Below are positions 37,874-47,907 of a stretch of 64,000 bases of DNA, piece after piece. The translations under genes were made by a program, and so were the position numbers. How positions within the stretch are numbered: position 1 is the stretch's first letter; the number at the start of each line of letters is the position of its first letter. This DNA comes from an uncultured Chitinophagaceae bacterium (GTDB lineage Bacteria; Bacteroidota; Ignavibacteria; UBA10030; UBA8401). Location of the stretch: the NCBI GenBank assembly GCA_964371615.1, contig CAYJMS010000003.1, forward strand, positions 212 through 64,211, read 5' to 3'. The notes beneath the pieces were generated by a model. It ran no database searches. It was given only the letters and a program-made list of their open reading frames with translations, and was not told the DNA's origin.

Positions 37874-39373
37874 TCAAATGGTGACCGGTTCAATCGACAG
37901 TTTCAGTTGCGCCATTTTCATGCGGCGTGCTTCGAGCGCCTGTTGAACGGAAAGATACGCGACAGAACCGTACCCGAGCGTGAAGAGCAGTTGGAACGGA
38001 ACGGCGGCAATTTCCATAAAATACAGCGATGCCATCACGCCGAGGAAGCAATAGACCGCCAGGCCGATTTCCAGAATCACCGTCCAACTGAACTTCACCG
38101 GAACATATTTCTTATCCTGCCACGACTGCTTCTTCCCTTCAATGCCGTATTTCGGCGTGCGGACAAACTCGCTCTTTCGTTTGAACAATCCCTCGATAAC
38201 GGCCTTGCTGTTATTAACGGCAAGACCCATGCTGCCGGCCATAAAAACCGGAAAGAGGAATATCCGGCGCCGCCAATCCGCGTAGACATCCTTCTGTGCG
38301 TAAAAGTAAAAGAGGAACGAGCCGATAAACGCCAGAACGAAGACCGACATGAAATTGAAGTACATGTCGAAATCGCCGCCATGTTTGATAAACGCCAGCG
38401 GGGCATTCAAAATGCTTGCCAGCACGATGAACGGAAAAACGATGTTGCTGGTCAGATGAAACGTGCTATGGAATTTTTTTCGGAACGGTATCGGCGCTTT
38501 CCAGACCATGGGGAGAAGTTTCCGTGCGGTTTCGATCGCTCCTTTGGTCCAGCGAAACTGCTGCGATTTCAGTGCGTTGATTTCCGCCGGCAATTCGGCG
38601 GGCGAGGTTACGTCGCGGAGAAATTTGAACTTCCATCCCCGCAGTTGCGCGCGGTAGCTCAGATCGAGATCTTCCGTCAGCGTATCGGAGTGCCAGTTGC
38701 CGGCATCGATAATGCAGGTCTTCCGCCAGACGCCGCCGGTGCCGTTGAATTGGATGAAGAATCCCGCCTTGTTCCGGACGTTTTGTTCGATCACGAAGTG
38801 GCCGTCGAGCGCCATCGCCTGGGTGCGCGTCATCAGCGAGTATTCGCCGTTGAGATGTTCCCAGCGCGTCTGCACCATGCCGATATGCTTATCGGTGTAA
38901 AAATACGGAATGGTCTTCTGCAAAAACTCCGACCGTGGAATAAAGTCCGCATCAAAGACCGCCACAAATTCTCCCTGTGCGGTTTTGAGGCCTTCCTTCA
39001 ACGCACCGGCTTTAAATCCGCTGCGGTTCGGGCGGCGGACGTGGTGGATGATGAATCCCTGCGCCTGTTTTTCCCGGACGATACTTGCGACAAGATCGAC
39101 TGTTTCGTCGGTCGAATCGTCGAGCACCTGTATTTCGAGTTTTTCTTTCGGATACTCTATGGAGCAGGAGGCTTCGATCAGCCGCCGGACAACATACATT
39201 TCGTTATAGAGCGGCAACTGGATCGTGACCATCGGCGTCTCCGTCAGCGGCAGTTCGCCGTCCGTTTCACTCCGATGCTTGAAATAGTGGTAGATCATGA
39301 CGAAACCGTGAGCGCCGAATATAAAAAGAATGCTCAGCGAGACGATATAGGCGGTGAGGATGAATTGTTCCAT
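37874..39373 (-). CDS. GT2 cellulose-synthase-like glycosyltransferase
   Basis: QVLDDSTD, KAGAL, FDADF, TEDLDLS, QQFRW. Confidence 0.92.
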   Translation of the reverse strand: MEQFILTAYIVSLSILFIFGAHGFVMIYHYFKHRSETDGELPLTETPMVTIQLPLYNEMYVVRRLIEASCSIEYPKEKLEIQVLDDSTDETVDLVASIVREKQAQGFIIHHVRRPNRSGFKAGALKEGLKTAQGEFVAVFDADFIPRSEFLQKTIPYFYTDKHIGMVQTRWEHLNGEYSLMTRTQAMALDGHFVIEQNVRNKAGFFIQFNGTGGVWRKTCIIDAGNWHSDTLTEDLDLSYRAQLRGWKFKFLRDVTSPAELPAEINALKSQQFRWTKGAIETARKLLPMVWKAPIPFRKKFHSTFHLTSNIVFPFIVLASILNAPLAFIKHGGDFDMYFNFMSVFVLAFIGSFLFYFYAQKDVYADWRRRIFLFPVFMAGSMGLAVNNSKAVIEGLFKRKSEFVRTPKYGIEGKKQSWQDKKYVPVKFSWTVILEIGLAVYCFLGVMASLYFMEIAAVPFQLLFTLGYGSVAYLSVQQALEARRMKMAQLKLSIEPVTI

Positions 39374-39413
39374 TGTCGTAATTGTTGAAATAGTGATGAG
39401 CGTCAGCGCTCTG

Positions 39414-39932
39414 TTACCAGCCCGAAACCGTTTCGAGCAGGATGTCTTCCGCGACCTTGTTGACAGCATCGGTCAGCGCAACGTCGCGTGTCTGCTGGCC
39501 CTGGGTGTATTCTCCCCAGTTTGAAAAATCTTTTTCCCACACCTTTTTCCGTAGTTTCATGTCGGTAAACGATGCCCGCACGGTGACGGTCACCCGCCGT
39601 GTCCGGACGATGTCGTTTCCACCGATGACCGACGGGGCATCGGTCACCAGGATGATCGATCCTTCGATAATGGAATCGGCCGTGAGCCGCTCGCCGATCT
39701 CGAGATTGTTGTCGGTGCGGAAATACTCCACCACTTTCTGCGTGAACCGCTCCCGCAATCCCGCTTCGCCGAATCCGCTCACATCTTCGAACAGCGGAAT
39801 GGCCACCGTCTTCAAGTGCGGCGGCACGGAGGCTCCGGTGAAAGAGTAACATCCGGTCACAAATGCAGCAGACACTGTAAAAGCGACGATGAAAAGAATG
39901 GTGCGGGGGTGTTTAATAGAATAATTAGTCAT
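39414..39932 (-). CDS. lptE: LPS assembly lipoprotein LptE-like
   Basis: VTG|CYSFTGASVPPHLKTVAIPLF; start uncertain. Confidence 0.8.
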   Translation of the reverse strand: MTNYSIKHPRTILFIVAFTVSAAFVTGCYSFTGASVPPHLKTVAIPLFEDVSGFGEAGLRERFTQKVVEYFRTDNNLEIGERLTADSIIEGSIILVTDAPSVIGGNDIVRTRRVTVTVRASFTDMKLRKKVWEKDFSNWGEYTQGQQTRDVALTDAVNKVAEDILLETVSGW

Positions 39933-39967
39933 TGGATATTGGTCATTAGTCATTGGTCAATTGACAT
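39923..39967. repeat. 7-bp tandem repeat (CATT[A/G]GT)n
   Basis: About 6 imperfect units. Confidence 0.75.
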
Positions 39968-39970
39968 ATT

Positions 39971-41080
39971 TTAAATTCCGTATTCTTTAATCTTTCGATA
40001 CAGTGTCCGTTCGGAGATTCTCAGTTCATCCGCTGCGAGGCGGCGGTTGCCGTGATATTTTTTGAGCGATGTTTCGATCATCCGGCGTTCCATTTCTTCC
40101 AGAGACAATGTTTCCGAGACCGACTGCGGCGGAATGACGGTCGAGCTCCCCGCGGAATGCGGCCCCGGAGATGAATTTTTCAGCATCTCTTTAATTTCCA
40201 GCAGATCATTCTTCAGTTCCAGCAACGCGCGGTAAAAGAGCTGACGTTCGTCGAACTCGCTCTGTTTGGGCATCAATACCGGCAGACTTCGTTCGTCGCC
40301 CGATGTGCGGAGATATTTTTTGACGTCGTCGATCTCCAGCCGTTTGCCCCGTTCGATCACCAGCATGCTCTCCACTACGTTCCGGAGTTCGCGCACATTG
40401 CCGTGCCAGTAGTATTGCTTCATGTATTCCATCGCATCCGGAGAAATGCCGCCGAATGTGATGCCGTTTTTTTCAGAAAGTTCTTTTACGAATTTCTCGA
40501 ATAACAGAGGAATATCTTCCCGACGGTTTCGCAATGCGGGGATACGGATATTGACCGAGCGGAGCCGGTAGAACAGATCCTGCCGGAAATTTCCGTTCCG
40601 CACTTCCTGTTCGAGATCCTTGTTGGTAGCGGCAATCACCCGCACATCCACTTTGCGAGCAACGGAAGAACCGACACGGAGAAACTCTCCGTTCTCGAGT
40701 ATGCGGAGAAACTTCACCTGTGTGGAGACCGGCAGCTCGCCGATCTCGTCCAGAAAAATTGTTCCGCCGTCCGCCAGTTCAAAATACCCTTTACGTTCGC
40801 TGCTGGCGCCGGTGAACGAACCTTTTTCATGTCCGAACAGTTCGGATTCGATGATCCCTTCGGGAATGGCGCCGCAGTTCACTGTCACCATCATCTTCTT
40901 CGCCCGGTTGCTGGCTCCGTGAATCGCCTGCGCGATTACTTCTTTTCCCGCACCGCTTTCGCCGGTGATCAGCACGGTAATATCCGTCGGCGCAACGTGT
41001 TGTATCACCTGCACCATTTCCTGCATCTCCAGCGATTCGCCGATGATGCCGTACCGATGTTGAAATTCTCTCCGTTCCAT
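39971..41080 (-). CDS. Sigma-54-interacting AAA+ / Fis-HTH regulator
   Basis: GESGAGKE, ESELFGHEKGSFTGA, FRQDLFYRL, GNVREL. Confidence 0.93.
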   Translation of the reverse strand: MERREFQHRYGIIGESLEMQEMVQVIQHVAPTDITVLITGESGAGKEVIAQAIHGASNRAKKMMVTVNCGAIPEGIIESELFGHEKGSFTGASSERKGYFELADGGTIFLDEIGELPVSTQVKFLRILENGEFLRVGSSVARKVDVRVIAATNKDLEQEVRNGNFRQDLFYRLRSVNIRIPALRNRREDIPLLFEKFVKELSEKNGITFGGISPDAMEYMKQYYWHGNVRELRNVVESMLVIERGKRLEIDDVKKYLRTSGDERSLPVLMPKQSEFDERQLFYRALLELKNDLLEIKEMLKNSSPGPHSAGSSTVIPPQSVSETLSLEEMERRMIETSLKKYHGNRRLAADELRISERTLYRKIKEYGI

Positions 41081-41092
41081 AGTTCTATCCGT

Positions 41093-41833
41093 TCACCGTT
41101 TTACGATGAACCATTCAAGATTGTGTTTTGATTTCAGCTCCGCTCCGAATGACCGTGCGGTTTGGTCGCTGGAAAATCCGTCGAACGCCACGGCATAAAC
41201 CGTCTTGCCGCCGCTTTGTTTCGGGAATACGATCGCCGGTCGACCGACTGTTGCGGTCATCTGCCGCGCCTGTTCCTGCGCAGCGGATTCCTTCGAATAT
41301 ACCCCCACCTGCACCGCGTACGGTCCCCCGGATGCCGGCGTGGTTACCGCGGCAGCGGGAGCAGCAGGCTCTTCCGTCACGGGCTGCCGGACGGGAGTTT
41401 CGGTACTGGTAGGCTCGGGAACGGGAATTCGTTCACCCGGATTCGACTCCTTTTTTGCATAGATGGACGTGGGATACTGTTCGTTCAACTGTTTCATCTT
41501 TACTTCGGCAGTCTTGTACAATCCCACCGCGTAATAGTATTGATAGACTTTATACAGCGCGTCATCCGCCCATTCGTTCTTCGGGAATTGATCGACGATC
41601 ACCTGATATTTTTTCAGCGCCTGATCTCCGTTTTCCGTCAGATAGGCGTCGAGATATTTTACTCCGGCATCGTTGGGATATTGGGACTGCAGCAACGGCA
41701 GTTCGTTGCGGACACCCTCAGCCCTTCCGGAATGAATCAGATCAAGCCGTGCGCGGACATCTTTTTCGCTCAATTGCGCGGCAACCGGCAATGATGCGGC
41801 GATGACAAGAAAACAAAATATAATTCTCTTCAT
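41093..41833 (-). CDS. TPR + SPOR domain protein
   Basis: ADDALYK; YAVQVGVYS. Confidence 0.85.
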   Translation of the reverse strand: MKRIIFCFLVIAASLPVAAQLSEKDVRARLDLIHSGRAEGVRNELPLLQSQYPNDAGVKYLDAYLTENGDQALKKYQVIVDQFPKNEWADDALYKVYQYYYAVGLYKTAEVKMKQLNEQYPTSIYAKKESNPGERIPVPEPTSTETPVRQPVTEEPAAPAAAVTTPASGGPYAVQVGVYSKESAAQEQARQMTATVGRPAIVFPKQSGGKTVYAVAFDGFSSDQTARSFGAELKSKHNLEWFIVKR

Positions 41834-43158
41834 GAGTTCACCCGTGGTTGTAATGTGCCGAATAATGTTTGTGCGTTTACCCGATCGATCTTCACCGTGC
41901 GATAGTCGCCGATGCGCGCATCTTCGCGAGGAAACAAAGTCTTTTTATTGGTGTCGGTCCGGCCAAGCAGATCGTCGGAAGAACGGGAACTGTCCCGTTC
42001 AATCAGTACTTCCACTTCCCGGCCGATAAGGGATTGATTGATATTAACGGAAATGCCGCCCTGCAGCTCTATTATCTCACTCAATCGTTCCACTTTCAGT
42101 TCTTCCGCAACATCGTCCCCCATCTCCCATGCTTTTGTGTTTTCGCGGGGCGAATACTTGAACATGTAAGCGCCGTCGTACTGCACCTGTTTCATGACCT
42201 CAAGCGTCATGCGATGGTCCGCATCGGTTTCAGTCGGAAACCCGGAAATGATGTCGGTGGAAAAACTGACTCCCGGCATGGTGCGCCGGATCTTCTCCAT
42301 CAAACCGAGATACTGTTCGATGGTGTACGTCCGGTTCATCAATTTCAATATACGGTTCGAACCGGATTGTACCGGCAGATGGACGTACTTACAGATGTTG
42401 CTGTGCGATGCCATCGTAGCAATCAGTTTATCGCTCATATCCTGCGGATGAGAGGTGGTGTACCGCACCCGCATCGACCGGTCGACTTCCGCTACGCGGG
42501 AAAGAAGATCGGGAAAGTCGTACACACCGTCGTGGTACGAGTTCACATTCTGTCCGAGCAGCGTCACTTCCTTGAATCCCTGCGCACTCAATTTGTGCAC
42601 TTCCTCAACGACGCTCTTCAAACTCCGGCTCCGTTCCCTGCCGCGGGTAAACGGAACAACACAAAACGTACAGAACTTATCGCATCCCCGCATAACAGAG
42701 ATCCAGGCGCTGATCCCCTCCGTTCGAAGCGGGGTAATATCGTCATAATTTTCCACCCGGGAGAGTTTTACCGCAATGCCGCGCTGACCGCCGTAGGCAT
42801 CTTCCACCAATTTCGGCAGTTTCCGGTATTCATCCGGGCCGATAACGAGATCGACAAGATTATTTTTTTCCACCAGTGTTGTCCGCAGCCGTTCCGCCAT
42901 GCAGCCAAGCACGCCGATCAACACTTCGGGATTACGCTTTTTATATTCCTTGAGCTCCGATACCCGTTGATGAGCCCGTTGCTCTGCATTATCCCTTACA
43001 CTGCAAGTATTTACAAGGATCAGATCCGCAACGGATGCATCGCCGGTCGGAGTGAATCCCACTCCGTTCAAAACGCTCAAAACGACCTCGGTATCTGCCA
43101 CATTCATCTGGCAGCCGTAGGTTTCTATGTATACATTTTTGTTTTTCTTCAAAATCAT
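41830..43158 (-). CDS. miaB: tRNA-2-methylthio-N6-dimethylallyladenosine synthase
   Basis: YGCQMN, NTCSVR, GCMAERL, CDKFCTFC, TRAM domain. Confidence 0.95.
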   Translation of the reverse strand: MILKKNKNVYIETYGCQMNVADTEVVLSVLNGVGFTPTGDASVADLILVNTCSVRDNAEQRAHQRVSELKEYKKRNPEVLIGVLGCMAERLRTTLVEKNNLVDLVIGPDEYRKLPKLVEDAYGGQRGIAVKLSRVENYDDITPLRTEGISAWISVMRGCDKFCTFCVVPFTRGRERSRSLKSVVEEVHKLSAQGFKEVTLLGQNVNSYHDGVYDFPDLLSRVAEVDRSMRVRYTTSHPQDMSDKLIATMASHSNICKYVHLPVQSGSNRILKLMNRTYTIEQYLGLMEKIRRTMPGVSFSTDIISGFPTETDADHRMTLEVMKQVQYDGAYMFKYSPRENTKAWEMGDDVAEELKVERLSEIIELQGGISVNINQSLIGREVEVLIERDSSRSSDDLLGRTDTNKKTLFPREDARIGDYRTVKIDRVNAQTLFGTLQPRVNS

Positions 43159-43391
43159 TGCATACAAATATACCTCACTGCTGACATTTGGACAATTGAT
43201 AATCCTTTCATTAATGAAAATTAATCCAAATTGATAAATTTTCGGCGATTCTCATATGGATCACATGTTGACATTTCGGCAGTCCGTCGGAAGCAGGATT
43301 GAATTCAGTGGAAAAAAACAGTATGTTGAAACACCGCAATTAAACGCAATCGATGCATAATTAAATGACCGCAATACAAGGAAAAATCATC

Positions 43392-44378
43392 ATGAATCCG
43401 CAAAATTTTATCGCCGAAACAAGAGAAAAAGCAAAACACCTGCATAAGACAATTGTTCTTCCCGACGCCACCGATCCACGAACCATTAAGGCCGCCAGAA
43501 TTTTGACCGATGAGAAGATTGCCGTACCGGTATTGATCGGCATTGAATCCGAGATCAAAGCAGTTGCCGCAAAAGAGAACGTATCTCTGCAGAATATCCT
43601 GATTATCGAACCGGAGAAATCGGAAATATATCCTGATTTCTCCAACAAATATTTTGAACTGCGAAAATCCAAAGGGATGGAATTGCCGGAGGCGCAGACA
43701 ACAATGAAAAAGCCGCTCTTCTTCGGAGCGATGATGGTGCGTGAAGGGTTGGCGGACGGAAGCGTTGCCGGTTCGCTCTCGACCACCGGTGATGTTCTCC
43801 GTGCGGCGATACAGATCATCGGCATGAAGGAAGGGATCAGCATCGTGTCGAGTTTCTTTGCGATGGTATTTCCCGACCGGGTGCTGACATTTGCCGACTG
43901 TGCCGTGGTGCCGGACCCGACAGCGGAACAGCTTGCGGATATCGCGCTGACATCGGCGGAGAATCACCGAAAAATCACCGGCGACGAACCGCTGGTGGCG
44001 ATGTTATCGTTTTCCACAAAAGGGAGCGCTGCTCATCCGCTGGTGGAGAAAGTACAAAAAGCAACGGAGATCGCGAAGAAGAAAAGTCCGGGATTAAAAC
44101 TGGACGGCGAATTGCAGCTCGATGCGGCAATCGTTCCGAAGGTGGGCGCCTCCAAAGCGCCGGGAAGCGTTGTAGCGGGAACAGCAAATGTACTGGTCTT
44201 TCCGGATTTGAACGCAGGAAATATCGGCTACAAACTTGCGCAGCGGTTGGCCGGTGCGGAAGCGATCGGTCCCGTTGTACAGGGATTGAAACGCCCGGCT
44301 TTCGACCTTTCGCGCGGCTGCAGCGTGGACGATATCGTCAGCACGACGGCGATTAATGCGGTGATAGGAGCAGTGTAG
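43392..44378 (+). CDS. pta: Phosphate acetyltransferase
   Basis: [42 protein letters not shown]. Confidence 0.95.
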   Translation: MNPQNFIAETREKAKHLHKTIVLPDATDPRTIKAARILTDEKIAVPVLIGIESEIKAVAAKENVSLQNILIIEPEKSEIYPDFSNKYFELRKSKGMELPEAQTTMKKPLFFGAMMVREGLADGSVAGSLSTTGDVLRAAIQIIGMKEGISIVSSFFAMVFPDRVLTFADCAVVPDPTAEQLADIALTSAENHRKITGDEPLVAMLSFSTKGSAAHPLVEKVQKATEIAKKKSPGLKLDGELQLDAAIVPKVGASKAPGSVVAGTANVLVFPDLNAGNIGYKLAQRLAGAEAIGPVVQGLKRPAFDLSRGCSVDDIVSTTAINAVIGAV

Positions 44379-44390
44379 AAAAACAATTAT

Positions 44391-44809
44391 GAATGATGAA
44401 TGATAAATGATGAATAAAAATACTTTATGAAAAATGAAAATATCATAAAGCAAAAGAGTTTTTCATTTGCGGTAAAGATTGTTAGTACTTACAAACATCT
44501 CAGCGAGAACAAAAAAGAATATGTATTGTGCAAACAATTGCTGCGCTCGGGAACATCCATAGGAGCAAATGTTCGTGAAGCAGATAACGCCGAAAGCAAA
44601 TCTGATTTTATCCATAAAATGAGTATTGCTCAAAAAGAAGCCGATGAAACATTATATTGGTTGGAATTATTAAAAGAATCAGATTATCTGTCGGAGAACG
44701 ATTTTAATGATCTTGCATCTGACGCTTCCGAAATACTAAAAATACTTCGCAGCATCATATTGTCAACAAAGAAAAACATTCATCATTCATAATTTATCAT
44801 TCATCATTC
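44391..44809. repeat. Inverted 7-mer arrays flanking the four-helix-bundle gene
   Basis: 44391-44415 and 44785-44809 are reverse complements at 24/25. Confidence 0.85.
44427..44792 (+). CDS. Four helix bundle protein (23S rRNA IVP family)
   Basis: KSFSFA, QLLRSGTSIGANVREA..AESKSDFIHK.SIAQKEADETLYWLELL. Confidence 0.93.
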   Translation: MKNENIIKQKSFSFAVKIVSTYKHLSENKKEYVLCKQLLRSGTSIGANVREADNAESKSDFIHKMSIAQKEADETLYWLELLKESDYLSENDFNDLASDASEILKILRSIILSTKKNIHHS

Positions 44810-44823
44810 TTCACACATCTATA

Positions 44824-45324
44824 ATGAACGCTGATTCTTGGAATAAAAGTTTAGGATTAATACCACATCCCGAGGGCGGATATTACCGCGAAATTTACCG
44901 TGCTGAGGGGATCATTGCACAGCCCAATCTTCCGATGCGGTACAGCGGAAGCAGGGCGTATGCCACAACGATCTATTATCTACTTAAAAGCGGCGATGTT
45001 TCGCATCTGCACCGCTTGAAGTCCGATGAGCAGTGGTTCCACATCGACGGCTCCGCGCTGACCATTCACTCCATCGATCCGGACGGAATATATTCACAGC
45101 AGCATATCGGAAAGGATCTGGAGAAGGGGGAACGTCCGCATGCCGTCGTTTCCCGCGGCTGCTGGTTCGGCGGAACGGTCGATACATCGGGATCGTTTGC
45201 GCTTGTGGGTTGTTTTGTGGCGCCGGGATTTGATTTCGATGATTTTGAACTGGCGAAGCGAGATTATTTATTACAGATGTTTCCGCAGCACAACGCTATC
45301 ATTACACGATTGGCAAAAAAATAG
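44824..45324 (+). CDS. Cupin_5 (DUF985) protein
   Basis: LIPHPEGGYY, HRLKSDE.W, VAPGFDFDDF. Confidence 0.92.
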   Translation: MNADSWNKSLGLIPHPEGGYYREIYRAEGIIAQPNLPMRYSGSRAYATTIYYLLKSGDVSHLHRLKSDEQWFHIDGSALTIHSIDPDGIYSQQHIGKDLEKGERPHAVVSRGCWFGGTVDTSGSFALVGCFVAPGFDFDDFELAKRDYLLQMFPQHNAIITRLAKK

Positions 45325-45359
45325 ACTTCCGCGGTCCGACAGACTCCGGTAGTCGTATA

Positions 45360-45773
45360 TTACTTTTTCTTCTTCCACTCCGTTTTTACCGTCATTGCAA
45401 TTCCACCCCGCACCGCATAGTCAGCCGTGACCGAGCATCGTCGCGGTTTCACCGCAGCGACAATATCATCCAGAATCACATTCACGACATGCTCGTAGAA
45501 CGATTCCTGATCGCGAAAGGTCTGCAAATACAGTTTCAGCGATTTGGACTCGAGAATGTTTTTATCGGGAACATATTCAATATACAGTGTCGCAAAATCG
45601 GGCTGGCGATTTACCGGGCCCAATGTGGTAAATTCGTCGGTAACGAGTGTAATGACATAGTCCCGATCGGCATGGTGATTCGGAAACACTTCCAACTTCT
45701 TTTGCGCCGATGCATTCTTCCCGAGAAGCGATATCGACGAAAGGTCTTTTTTTCGTGTGAGTTTGTTTGCCAT
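45360..45773 (-). CDS. queF: QueF (preQ0 reductase) homolog lacking the catalytic Cys
   Basis: EFTTLGPVNRQPDFA, ESKSLKLY, RGGI. Confidence 0.8.
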   Translation of the reverse strand: MANKLTRKKDLSSISLLGKNASAQKKLEVFPNHHADRDYVITLVTDEFTTLGPVNRQPDFATLYIEYVPDKNILESKSLKLYLQTFRDQESFYEHVVNVILDDIVAAVKPRRCSVTADYAVRGGIAMTVKTEWKKKK

Positions 45774-45774
45774 G

Positions 45775-46809
45775 TTATCGGATGTCCCTGTGATTATTGA
45801 TTGCATCATGCGTGCCGGAGTAGATGATATTCCGGATCGATTTCGCCGTCAGGAAACTGTACGGGAATCCCATTTCGACCGCGCTGACGTCATCCAGCCG
45901 TTTCAATTGATCGTCGGAGAGCGATATTTTCAAACATCCGAGATTGTCGGTGATCTGCGAAACTTTTGTTCCTCCAATGATCGGGATAATATTTCCGTTC
46001 TGGTTCCGCAGCCATGCCAGCGCAACCTGCGCCGGCGACGCGCCGATCTCTTTTGCCACACTCACGACTACGTCAGCGATACGCAAATTCTTTTCACTCA
46101 AGCGGCTGCTTCCCTCTTTGATTCTCGTCTTGTCCGGTGAGGTGCCGGAAAATTTTCCCGTCAGTACACCCGCACCGAGCGGAGACCAGGCAAGCACCGC
46201 CATATCGAATGCACGGGACAGCGGAAGCAGTTCCCGTTCAACCGTCCGTTCCACCAGGCTGTATTCGATTTGCAGACCGACAAACTGCGTCCATCCCCGC
46301 AGCTCCGCGATGGTGTTCATCTGTGAAACGATCCACGCCGGCGTATCGGAGATGCCGATGTAGAGAATTTTTCCCTGCCGCACCGCATCATCCAATGCCC
46401 TCAGCACTTCGTCGACCGGCGTGGTGTAATCCCACGCATGGAGCCAGTACACGTCGATGTAATCGGTTTTCAAGCGCTTCAGACTGTGATTGAGCGACTG
46501 CATCATGTTCTTGCGGTGGTTGCCGCTCCAGTTGGGATCGTTGTCCTTCATTTTCAGCGTGAACTTGGTTGCCAGCACGATGCTTTCCCGGTCGTGCGCG
46601 ATCAGTTCACCGACGATTTTTTCGGAACTCCCTTCGGTGTACCGGTTCGCCGTGTCGATAAAATTCCCTCCCGCAACGCGGTATGCTTCGTACATTTTTT
46701 TGCTTTCGTCGAACGAAGCGCCCCATCCCCATTCTTCACCGAATGTCATTGTACCAAGCGAAAGTTCCGAAACGCGGAGGCCTGATTTACCGAGAAGTTT
46801 GTAGTTCAT
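45775..46809 (-). CDS. Aldo/keto reductase
   Basis: LGTMTFG, IDTANRY, GKILYIGISD, WSPLG. Confidence 0.94.
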   Translation of the reverse strand: MNYKLLGKSGLRVSELSLGTMTFGEEWGWGASFDESKKMYEAYRVAGGNFIDTANRYTEGSSEKIVGELIAHDRESIVLATKFTLKMKDNDPNWSGNHRKNMMQSLNHSLKRLKTDYIDVYWLHAWDYTTPVDEVLRALDDAVRQGKILYIGISDTPAWIVSQMNTIAELRGWTQFVGLQIEYSLVERTVERELLPLSRAFDMAVLAWSPLGAGVLTGKFSGTSPDKTRIKEGSSRLSEKNLRIADVVVSVAKEIGASPAQVALAWLRNQNGNIIPIIGGTKVSQITDNLGCLKISLSDDQLKRLDDVSAVEMGFPYSFLTAKSIRNIIYSGTHDAINNHRDIR

Positions 46810-46810
46810 G

Positions 46811-46860
46811 GTGATTGGTAATTAGTAATTAGTAATTAGTAATTTGGAATTGGGAATTAG
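46811..46860. repeat. 7-bp tandem repeat (GTAATTA)n
   Basis: 7 imperfect units upstream of AKR start. Confidence 0.8.
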
Positions 46861-46880
46861 GTATTACATTAACAATAGTG

Positions 46881-47771
46881 CTACTGTTTATTGCGTAACC
46901 TACTGGTCGAAAGAAAATCGCGAAATTGGTTCTTTGTTGCAATGACGTCGTTGTGTGATAATTCCGTGTGAATAAATGTCACTCTATTTGTTCTGAGATC
47001 GCTTTGCGTTACGACGGTATCTTCGAACATCCGGTACGGAATCTTCCAGCCGTCGAGATCGCCCATCAGGTTCTCCGATTCATTTTTGGTCCCGCCGTCG
47101 TTTGTGTAGATGTTAATGAACCGGCCGTTGAAGCGATCGATCCAATATGAATATTTCTCCGTATGACCATACAGCGCATCAAACAGGATCACGTCGGAAA
47201 TGTTGGGCGTCAATCCACCCCGCATTAAACAGAATGCGATAACCCGGTATGCGCCGCTGTGTCCCGCAAGAATGATATTGCCGACGGTGCCGGAGGATAT
47301 CGTTTTTAGTCTCTTCAAATACTTCAATACGTCTGCAACGAGATTCTTCAGCCCATCCTTCTCCTCCATCCGACCGCCGTATGAATCCGGCGCGTCTTTT
47401 GGTCCCTCGGGAAAAACAAAGACGGCGTTCTTCCCCGACTCGGTGAATTGCTCGACCAGTCGGAATTGCATGCAGGCACTGTCGATAGAATTGTACCATC
47501 CATGAAAATAGAACACGAAATCGATCGTTTTTCGCGGAACGAATCCTTTGGGAATAAAGATCGCAACACTGCTGTCGTAATAATGCATCTCAGCCGGAAA
47601 AGTCCGGTCACCGTATGTATGTCCCGTTGCCCGTTTGGGATGCGGAAACGGGGATGAGGAAAACGACGGAACGTGCATTTCGCCGAGGTGGGTGTAGCGC
47701 TCCGAGAGGGATTGGGCGGAGACAGCGGTTGATATACCGATTATCAGAAGGAGAAATCTCGACAGTGTCAT
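46881..47771 (-). CDS. Secreted alpha/beta-hydrolase-like protein
   Basis: Signal peptide; FHGW, LAGHSGA, LFDALY, H motifs. Confidence 0.7.
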   Translation of the reverse strand: MTLSRFLLLIIGISTAVSAQSLSERYTHLGEMHVPSFSSSPFPHPKRATGHTYGDRTFPAEMHYYDSSVAIFIPKGFVPRKTIDFVFYFHGWYNSIDSACMQFRLVEQFTESGKNAVFVFPEGPKDAPDSYGGRMEEKDGLKNLVADVLKYLKRLKTISSGTVGNIILAGHSGAYRVIAFCLMRGGLTPNISDVILFDALYGHTEKYSYWIDRFNGRFINIYTNDGGTKNESENLMGDLDGWKIPYRMFEDTVVTQSDLRTNRVTFIHTELSHNDVIATKNQFRDFLSTSRLRNKQ

Positions 47772-47907
47772 AAGGAAATCCGAATATTGTCCCAACAATC
47801 TACGAAAAGGAAAGTGAAAAATCCCATGCAAGATATGGAACGGCCAATGGTTGAGGTCAAGAAGTGCGTGGGTAATGAAATAACTTTCCGGTGGGAAAAA
47901 TAGCGGA

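Noticed and set aside
39933-39953. N-terminal MTNDQYP extension of LptE
   Set aside because: Translation of the heptamer repeat
44427-44792. DGR accessory Avd gene
   Set aside because: Related fold, but no reverse transcriptase or TR/VR pair in window
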